Translations under genes and position numbers: made by a program
From: Piromyces finnis finn
Lineage: Eukaryota > Fungi > Neocallimastigomycota
DNA: 64,000 nt
NCBI GenBank assembly: GCA_002104945.1
Contig: MCFH01000023.1
Coordinates: forward strand, 690,362-754,361
Reading direction: 5' to 3'
The notes under the pieces: generated by a model
Database searches by the model: none
What the model was told of the DNA's origin: nothing
The model's input: the letters and a program-made list of their open reading frames with translations, nothing else
Shown here: positions 53,205 through 64,000 of the stretch, piece after piece
Layout of the letters: every line of letters starts with the position of its first letter
Numbering within the stretch: the first letter of the stretch is position 1

Positions 53205-54285
53205 AATATTAAAAATATAACCTAAAATTATAATATTTATAATACTAATATATTTATATATAATATATATAATATATTATTACCTACTTTTTTTAATTCA
53301 CCCATAAAATAACAAGCAAAAAAAAAAATTTTAATCATCGATAATACAATTATAAAATAGGAAAAGATAATAGTAAATAATTTAAATAAAATTATTTTGA
53401 ATCAGAGGGAACATAATTAGTAATTAGTGTTACCTTTAATATTTTACATTTCAATATTAAAAATAATGATAAAAATATAAAGAGAAATATAATTGTTTTT
53501 CAAATTTCTCCAAAACTTAAAAGCACAATAAAAAGAGGAGATATTATAATAATATAAAGTGAATATCTGAAATATTATTATGATTATCATAATATAAATT
53601 AATATATATATATATAAATATTATATTTTTATGTCACTTTTATTTTTTTTTTTTATATTATGTTAAAATAATATTTTATTGATAATATTCATTTCATTTT
53701 TTATTTTTTTTTTGGCAATAATTTTTTTAAAACTTTTATTAAAGTATAGATACGTTTATTATAAAAAAAAAAAAAAAAAAAAGAGTTCAATTTTTAAAAA
53801 AAAATTATTAATATTTCTAAAACAAATAACCTAGAGTTCATAATAACAACAAATAACGAATAGAGATCTACATATTATTTAAAAATATAATTAATAAATA
53901 AATTAATATATTGAAAAAAAAAAAAAAAAGTAGTTATTTCTCGATCATACACCCCCTTTCTTTACACATCAAAAAGACTTTTGACATTATATTTAAAGAT
54001 ATAATTTTTTTTTCAAGTATAAATTCTTATTTTCAATACCGTCAACTTTTAAAGAATACTACCGATTAAATTAAGAATAATAAATATATTTTTTATAATA
54101 AACTAAAATATTAACCAAAATAAAAATTTTATTAAGAAATGTTTACTTTTTATTAAAAAAAAAAAAAAAAAAAAAAAATACTTGTTAAAAATAAATGAAT
54201 GAATATAAAAATATGATTTACTAAAAGAAAATAAAAAAAAAAAAAAGCTTTCCACTATTACATTTTAAATTCTACGCAATTTATA

Positions 54286-54290
<5 letters not shown>

Positions 54291-54353
<63 letters not shown>

Positions 54354-54686
54354 GGCATCAAATATTTTAAACTTTATTATTAATTTAATTAAAATTATAA
54401 TACATGTAATATAAAAATTAAAATAAAATAAAAATAAAAAAAAATATGTTTAAATAAACACAAATGAATAAAAATTGGGTATAATGTATTCTAGTAATTT
54501 TAATTAAAGTAAGAAAGCCACTATCATACTAAAGTATAATAATTGTATTTGACTTCCAATGGGACACCGAGCCAAAGATCAAAATTTTATCATGGGACAA
54601 AATTATGATCTCCATTGGTTGCGCTGGCCCTCCTGGCCTGTCTTACTGTTTCTTCAGCATTGACGCTCTTGGATGTTGCTTCAAAC
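54291..54686 (-). mobile_element. 5'-truncated poly(A)-tailed retroposon (non-LTR/LINE 3' end), copy 1
   Basis: 60-nt poly(A) on the minus strand (T 54291-54350). AATAAA 22 nt upstream of the tail. ORF tail FEATSKSVNAEETVRQARRASATNGDHNFVP*. 14-bp TSD CAATTTATAATTAA at 54277-54290 and 54687-54700. Near-identical copy at about 60.6-60.9 kb. Confidence 0.85.
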
Positions 54687-55198
54687 CAATTTATAATTAA
54701 ATCATTTCACCCTTATATATTAATGCAAAGCTCAAATTCAATTATCCATTTTAAACTTTAATCTTTTAATTTTTATTAGATAGTTTGTTTTTTAATTTTT
54801 ATTTCTTTCATTTATTTTTCTTTTATTATTATTATTATTATTATTATTCTATTTTCTTTTTTTAAGTTTTTATTTTTTTTATAATTTTAGAGTTTTTGAA
54901 TTACAACTTTATAATAAAAATATTATGTTTTCAAAAATAAATATTTTATTTTACATAGTATATTCTTATAATATAAAAATTAATTTTCTTTTTTTTTTTT
55001 TTATTATTATTTCTTTATTGTTTTAAGGTAATTTTTTAAAAAATAAATTAAGATTTGTATAATTCTATTGAAACGTTTGAATTGTTATATAACAATATTT
55101 TATCGTTATATAGTCTATAAATAATTTAAAATAATTTATATTATATATATATAAATTATATTATAAATTTTATTTATTTAAATAAAAAAAATTGAAAT

Positions 55199-56803
55199 TT
55201 ATTCTTCATCAGCGGAATCTTCAACTTCATCGGCAGAATCTTCGACTTCATCAGCGGAAGCTGTAACTTCAATTTCATCAGCAGAATCTTCATCTTCATC
55301 AGCAGAAACAGTAACTTCAATAGTTTCAGTGACAACTGTAGTGGTGTAAATAATAGTTCTAGTAATAGTTGGCTTTTCAGTTTCTTCTTCAACAATTGAA
55401 GTAGTGGTTTCCTTTGGAATATATTCTTCACCACGGAAAGCAGCGGCCTCCTTTAAGATTTCTTCTGGATCAAAACCATATTCCTTACAAGCAAATTCAA
55501 ATCTGTGCTTAATCCAACCCTTTAAACTTGGAACGACTGGGTTTTCTGGTTCAATAGAGAAATGATTTTGGAAATCTTCATAGGTATGAGTATTATCTTG
55601 ACCCTTGAAATTAATTACACCTGGTAAACGACCATCAGCTCTTAAAGTAAGAGACTTCTTGACATATGGATCAATGAATTCTTTGAGTTCATCAATACGC
55701 TTAAAAGTATTATCTGGATTGAAACCTGTTACCATAAGTTCACGAAGGGCTTTCTTGAAATAACTCTTGTCCTTGAAGTAAGCAACATCAAGAATCTTCT
55801 TACCTGGTTTTGGCATATCTTCGAATTTTAATTCATAACCTAATTCTGGAGTGTGATAGTTTAAGACGAAAACAGTGTAAATGTATAAGGCAGAACCGAA
55901 TTCAGCATCGAAATCAACTAAAATCATATCCCAAATACCATCTTTTCTTTGGTACATGAAAAAGTTGTGACCTTGAATAACAAAGTGATCAAATGAACCA
56001 AATAAAAATTCAATAGCAAGATTCTTCATAAGTAAATCAACATTCATGAATTTTTCTAAGTCTTCAACTGAAGTAGCATTTTCAACTTTTTCTAAAAATT
56101 CTTCAAATGGCTCAGTGTAGTTAGCTGCCTTATCATTTTGGTTGTAACAATTATCACCCTTAACTAAATTAACACCATCTTTTCTACAATAGTATAAAGT
56201 GTCAACTTCTTCATCAGCTGGAAGACCATAAGTCTTTCTAACCCAATCACCTTTAATAGTATCTTGAAGGAAATATAAACCGAAATATTCACCATTAAGA
56301 TAAAATTCACAGTAAGCTTCTTGAACGGATGGAAGACCCCAGTTGTTAATTAAATCATATGCAAGCTTAGAACGCATATGAATAGTATCAGAAGCATCTG
56401 GTCTAAGACGAAGTTGCTTACGGTTGAATAATAAATCATTATCATTTAACTTGAGGTTGAAACCAATCTTATCATTTGCTCTACCATAGTTACCACCAGT
56501 TTTAAAGTTTACCTTCTTGAAAACTTCCTTTTTACCATCAACTTCATAAGTCATAGTAACCTTGGTTTCATAATCTTCAAGGCAAGAGGCATCAAAGTTA
56601 CACTTTACATAAATATCATATTCGGAATTAATTTGAACAATTTCAACTAATTTTTCATAATCCTTTTTTTTCATTTCAATAGAGATTTTTGGAACTTTGC
56701 CTTCAATTTCATTGAAAGTTCTCTTAGTTGACTTAACAAAGTCAGTAATATCAGCGAAGGCTAATGATATTAATAAAGCAAATAAAAAAGTAATCTTTAA
56801 CAT
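55199..56803 (-). CDS. Secreted CotH kinase family protein (intronless, 534 aa)
   Basis: Signal peptide MLKITFLFALLISLAFA. CotH-type motifs 'KTGGNYGR...KIGFNLKL', 'LRLRPDASD..HMRSKLAYDL', 'YLNGEYFGLY', 'HNFFMY', 'ILVDFDAEFG'. Thr-rich linker and acidic SADE-repeat tail. Confidence 0.9.
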   Translation of the reverse strand: MLKITFLFALLISLAFADITDFVKSTKRTFNEIEGKVPKISIEMKKKDYEKLVEIVQINSEYDIYVKCNFDASCLEDYETKVTMTYEVDGKKEVFKKVNFKTGGNYGRANDKIGFNLKLNDNDLLFNRKQLRLRPDASDTIHMRSKLAYDLINNWGLPSVQEAYCEFYLNGEYFGLYFLQDTIKGDWVRKTYGLPADEEVDTLYYCRKDGVNLVKGDNCYNQNDKAANYTEPFEEFLEKVENATSVEDLEKFMNVDLLMKNLAIEFLFGSFDHFVIQGHNFFMYQRKDGIWDMILVDFDAEFGSALYIYTVFVLNYHTPELGYELKFEDMPKPGKKILDVAYFKDKSYFKKALRELMVTGFNPDNTFKRIDELKEFIDPYVKKSLTLRADGRLPGVINFKGQDNTHTYEDFQNHFSIEPENPVVPSLKGWIKHRFEFACKEYGFDPEEILKEAAAFRGEEYIPKETTTSIVEEETEKPTITRTIIYTTTVVTETIEVTVSADEDEDSADEIEVTASADEVEDSADEVEDSADEE

Positions 56804-56976
56804 TTTATAATTTATATTATTTATCTATTTTATTATATTTTTTTTATTTTATTTTATTATTATTTTTTTAATTTTTTATTATAATTTATTTTATTAATAT
56901 TTGTTTTTTTAAATTTTATTAATTCCCCAAATTTGCTAATATAATACTATTAAACGTAATCTTAGTATTATTATTA

Positions 56977-57010
<34 letters not shown>

Positions 57011-58069
57011 TAAACTTTAAAGAAAATAATCATCTTTTATATATAAAAAAAAGATAATATTAATAATGTTTTATAAATTAATTAAATACACTTTTCAATT
57101 AAATGTTTTATATAATTTAATATTATTTAAAGTTTAATATATTATTTTTATTAATATATTTTTAATAAAAATAGTATAGATAGAAATCTACTGGTTACTA
57201 ATATTTATATTACAACAGTTTTAGAATTTTAGAATATCAAAAATGTATAGGAATATAATTAAAATTTAATGAAATAAAAGTTTTATATAATAAAAATAAA
57301 TTATTAATATTTTTATATTGTTTATTGTCATTTTAATTATTTATTTTCCATTCCAAGATTCTAGCCTCGATGGAATAAAATTTAAAATAATCTTTAATAT
57401 GTAAACTATTAGTATATTTTAGTATTAAACCAACTTTATGATAAAAAATAAGAATATGTTTCTATGTATTAAAAAAATAGACTTTATTCTTATTAAATTA
57501 TAAAGTTCTATTAATATAATTCTAATATAATAATAAGATTAACACTTTTTGATATAATTTCTATATTAGTATTTTTGTACTCCTATACTTCTATACACAA
57601 AAAAAAAAAAAGTAAAAATAAAAAATAAAAAATAAAAAAAATATTAAAGTTTAGGAAAAACTTTAATTCAAATTAAAAGTAAATTCCAAATTAAATTTTA
57701 AAGTAGTTCAACTATTCACAAAAACACGTTTTTTGTTTTGTTTTGTTTGTTTTTTTTTTTTTTTTTGTAATTATTATTAGATAAATATAAACTTTTTGAT
57801 TATTATAAATAAAAAGATAAATGTTTTATTCTAAATTCAAGCACTGTATATATAATTAATCAAGTATTCTAAATAGTGTGAGATTTAATTTCCAACCATT
57901 TCAAATTAATTATATTAAAAGTACAAATTTTTTTTCTTTTTTAAATTTCTATTTTGTGTAATATTATTTTGTAATAATCGATTCAAAAAAATTTAATTTA
58001 ATAAAAAAACTATTACAATTTGGGGGAGATATTTAATGTACAAAAAAATTTAAAATTTGATATTTATTC

Positions 58070-58071
58070 AT

Positions 58072-58154
<83 letters not shown>
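58070..58154. repeat. (ATTT)n microsatellite, about 21 units
   Basis: Seen directly. Confidence 0.95.
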
Positions 58155-58155
<1 letters not shown>

Positions 58156-59004
58156 AAAACATAGCAGAGATTAAAGAATTATAAAAATAAAATACATTTA
58201 TATTTATTTTAATCATTACTTAAATATTTAATAAAAAAAAAATTAGAATAAAAAGTATAAAAAAAACCAATTTTTATTATTAAATAGGTTCTAAAATGTT
58301 TCAGATTATTTGGTAAAGTCTATTAATTTAGTTTCATTTAATCACGTTGATTCATGATTATTCTATGTAAGTATTAATAGAATTTTTATTAATAATTAAA
58401 GTTTATGTTTAATGCTTTTCATAAAAAAAATAAATAAACTTTTTTTGTATGCATTTTAGGATAGTATTATTATACATATCATTATATATTAAAAAAAAAC
58501 ATTTCTTTTAATTTTTCCTCCTTAATTTTTCAAAACAAAAAAAAGCTAATAAAATTAATAAATAAGATTTCATATTACATATTAATAAATAATAATAATT
58601 TAAAAACTTTAATTATTATTCAAAATGATTTGCTCTATAATATTAGAGAATATTATAAAATACTATAAATTAAGATTATTTTTTAATATTCATAGAATAT
58701 AAAAAAATGTATTAGATTTTAATGTTTCACGTTTTTTTTTTTTTACAGAAAAAATATCAAATTGAAATTCTCATAAAACTAAAAATTTTTTTTTATATTT
58801 AAAATTAGTTAACTATTATTAAATATTAAAAAAATATATATTCTTTTTTAATATAATATTTAAGGAAAAAAAAGTATGATTAATAATATTAATAATTATT
58901 CCATTGTAATTTTTTTGCTCTTAGATATCAAACAAATGATAAAATATTCCTATAACAATTCATAATTTACGAATAAAAAATAAAATATGAAATAAAAAGT
59001 TTAA

Positions 59005-59199
59005 TTTTTTTTTTAACTTCCAAGTGCATTTCTCCCATCAATCAGTCCAATGGTGGTTCATAGAGAAACATTGGCTCTTTCCTATTGCTAGGTGGTTGTG
59101 ACCCACCTGGTCTGTCATTCTGAATCTTCAGCCTCGACGCTCACTTAATCCATGTACATTAGATGAATGTCGTTGTACGATATTTCCAACCATAATGCT
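59005..59199 (-). mobile_element. 5'-truncated poly(A)-tailed retroposon, diverged subfamily, copy 3
   Basis: GC-elevated island with an A10 tail (T 59005-59014). TSD AATAAAAAGTTTAA at 58991-59004 and 59200-59213. 59107-59142 matches copy 1 at 54633-54668 in 29 of 36 nt. Confidence 0.75.
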
Positions 59200-59868
59200 A
59201 ATAAAAAGTTTAATATCTTGGAAAAATTAATTAAAAAAAATGCTATTATACTTGAATATAATAATATAATAATGTGTATTTAATTCTTAAGAATTCTAAA
59301 ATTTATCAACATGTAAAATTATATGCATTATTTTTAGTAATAGTTGCTTATCATATTATAAATATATATCAACATTCCTGATTATTGATTATTGACCATG
59401 AATAATTAAAGTAACAATCATCAATTAGAAAACTATCTATCAATAAACAATAGATAATACGAAAAATATTATTTAAGTTTTTTTATATGTATTTAGTTAA
59501 ATTATATGCCCATTTTACATTTTTAGTATCAAATGTTATTTTATTATAGTTGATCTAAATAATAGCTTTCTTTAATATTCTATTCATATATAATATAAAT
59601 AGATACAACAATATGAATTTCATAAATTAACTTTTTAAAATTTTTCATTATAAAAGGGTTAATTAAAATAAATGAAATAACCACTGTTGTATAATACTCT
59701 TTTCATTATATTAAAAAATTTGGTAACAATGAACTTACTCATATTTAGTAATAATGCTCTATCATATTCTAAAACTTTAGGCATAATAACTTTGGAAATT
59801 TATTATTATACATTATCATCATTATTATTAATACTATTCTATCTAATATTTAATATTATAATTATTTT

Positions 59869-60238
<370 letters not shown>

Positions 60239-60563
60239 TTAGATAGCTAATATTTAATTAATATTGAATAGTTTGACTATCACTCTTACAATTCGAATAG
60301 TAATTGCAGGGAAAATTGAAAAACTTTTGATATACTGAGCATTGAAACTCTAAATTTTATTTAATATAAAATTTTTCATTCAGTTTTAATCTTTTTTGTA
60401 ACAAATATAAAAATTTATTTATTACTTCTTAAAAAAGGAGGTATGAAATTTATTTATACTTATGTTTTAAGTATTCCTTTATGGTGAAACAATAAGGAAC
60501 ATTTTAAAGTTTATTAATAAAAAAATTTTTCAACATAGACCAACACACAAACAGAATTAAGAA

Positions 60564-60899
60564 TTTTTTTTTTTAATAGTATCAAATATTTTTAAACTTT
60601 ATTATTAATTTAATTAAAATTATAATACATGTAATATAAAAAATAAAAAAATAAAAATAAAAATAAAAAAAAATAGGATTAAATAAACACAAATGAATAA
60701 AAATTGTGTATAATGTATTCCAGTCATTTTAATTAAAGTAAGAAAGCCACTATTATACTAAGGTATAATAATTGTATTTGACTTCCAATGGGACACCGAG
60801 CCAAAGATCAAAATTTTGTCATGGAACAAAATTATGATCTCCATTGGTTGCGCTGGCCCTCCTGGCCTGTCTTACTGTTTCTTCAGCATTGACGCTCTT
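60564..60899 (-). mobile_element. 5'-truncated poly(A)-tailed retroposon, copy 2 (same family as 54291-54686)
   Basis: A11 tail, then about 320 bp roughly 90-95% identical by eye to copy 1, truncated at GACGCTCTT. Only a weak 7-bp TSD candidate (GAATTAA at 60554-60560 and 60906-60912). Confidence 0.8.
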
Positions 60900-61917
60900 T
60901 CCCTTGAATTAATATTATTTGCAAAAACTTTTTCCTTAAGAAGAAATTTAAATATTTTTTTTTTTTTTTTTTAATTTTAACAACACATAAAATATTATTT
61001 TACCTTAAAACATCATAAATAATCATCAAAAACACATAACAAAAAAAACTAATTAATAAAATAAATATCTCTTTTTTTTTTTTTTTTCTAATTTATATTT
61101 ATTTATTTTATTTAATTAAGAAGAATAGGATAATAGTTTTTAACACTTTCCTTCTTTTTACTTTTTTTTTTTTTTTAAATTATTTTGTATATTGAGTTAT
61201 TGAAATTATATTTTAATAATGATTTGTAGTTAAATTTACATTAAATAATAAAACTTCTCGTAATGAATTATTTCATTTAAAAAGTGTTTTTTTTTTGTAT
61301 TAATTTTTTTATAAAAAATAAAAAATTAATAATTATATATTTATCTTAAATAATTTTGGGAGAATGCACGTCCAATACTACAAAGGAATTTTTATTATTA
61401 ATAAAAATATTATTTTTAATCATTATTATTATTTGTTATAATTTTTAAAACAATTTTGAAAATGATTCACATAATTCCCGGCATTGAACTCATATTTTTT
61501 AGTTATTAAGATGATAATTGTGCACCCCCAAAGTTAAGACAAATATAATTTGTAATTTTAACTTTTTTTTTGGTTTTTTTTTTTGCTTTAGGATTAAAAT
61601 ATTAGTTAAATTAAAATTTTACTACAATACTATTCACTACTAAAACATAACATATTTACTAAATAAATAATTTTATAAAATCTAAAAAAGAACATTATTA
61701 CCATTAATAATTTTAATTTTAAAAAATAATATTATCAAAAGATGATTAATTTTTTAAATTAAATATAGTAAAAATTTTATCTATATTAATTTGATTATTT
61801 AACGTACTTTAGAGCTGATAATAATTTAAGAATATTTTAACGATAGGATAAACTCTATTAAATATTTGTTTGTTTTCGTTTTTGATATTATTTGTGAAAA
61901 TTCAATTATTATGAAAT

Positions 61918-63167
<1,250 letters not shown>

Positions 63168-64000
63168 TTAAAATTTAATTTTTAAATTTATTTATTTATT
63201 TAAAATTACTTTTTATGTGAAGAAAAAAAAAAAAAAAAGATTTTTACTTTTTTTATAATCTTTACCTTTAATATAAAAATATATTATTAATTTTTTTTTT
63301 AAATTAAAAAAAAAATATATATATAATTTTTAATTTATCTGTGTAACGAAAATCATTTTTATGTCATGTGATAATATGAGTCACGCTAAAAATTCTGGTT
63401 CATAATAATTTAAAATTATATATAATACAGTTTCAAAATACATTATATATTTATTATTATTATTATTATTTCAAAAAAAAAGTAAATTTATTGTACAAAT
63501 ACATTAAATTATGTAGAAGTTCAATAGATTTATATTTTTAAAACACCAAACATTAAAATTATTTGTTGAAATATTTAACATAAAACATTAAAAAAAAATT
63601 AAAAAAAAAAAGTTAAAACGGTAAAAAAAAAAAAATAATGAATATTTACAAAAAATTGTATATTTTATATTTATATATTTTCAATTTATATTTGTTAGTT
63701 GCCATTATAATAATATATTTAGATTTAAAAGCTCCATTAAATATAGTACCTATATAATAATATATTTGCAATTTCAAGAAGTTTTTTTTAAAAAAACTAA
63801 TAATTTATACATGTCATAAGGAAATTTAAAAAAAAAACTGATTTAATTAAATTATAAGTATAATGTAATATACATTAATAACAAAAAGATGATATATTTA
63901 TATATTATATATATATATTATTTTTTATTCTAATTATAAACAAAATATTTTTTTACCAATATCAATAGTATGAGAATAAACTTAAAAATTTATATTCCAG

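Noticed and set aside
60238-60352. Fourth retroposon copy ending in the (TAA)n tract
   Set aside because: Only a TCAATGCT octamer is shared with the family; the rest does not align.
61478-61495. tRNA or tRNA-derived SINE (B-box-like GAGTTCAATGCC on the minus strand)
   Set aside because: No A-box, cloverleaf or tail could be built around it.

Overview
Extremely AT-rich eukaryotic DNA with short GT-AG introns, homopolymer runs and (TTA)n tracts. An intronless secreted CotH kinase, a flagellar CFAP157-like gene and this composition point to an anaerobic gut fungus (Neocallimastigomycota); this is inferred, not proven. The first 50 kb holds about 17 protein genes: CFAP157-like (partial), a repeat and clathrin-box protein, dymeclin, a MATA-type HMG-box factor, a TBC1D20/Gyp8 GAP, an AVT-type amino acid transporter, two unknown proteins, BRI3-like, an FZ-like CRD-TM-SH3 receptor-like protein, HUT1, MRT4, YOP1/REEP, an orphan, a TRAF-zinc-finger/SPRY protein, an SRPBCC protein and a FAR-17a/AIG1-like protein. 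From 50 to 62 kb is a gene-poor, repeat-rich island: a CotH gene among three 5'-truncated poly(A)-tailed retroposon ends (two with 14-bp TSDs) and long microsatellites. The standout is the last gene, an apparently catalytically intact GAPDH with a 39-aa C-terminal extension ending in a K-Ras4B-like polybasic-CaaX signal ([13 protein letters not shown]), which predicts a farnesylated, membrane-anchored glycolytic enzyme. Exon boundaries were read by eye; family calls rest on recalled motifs, not database searches.
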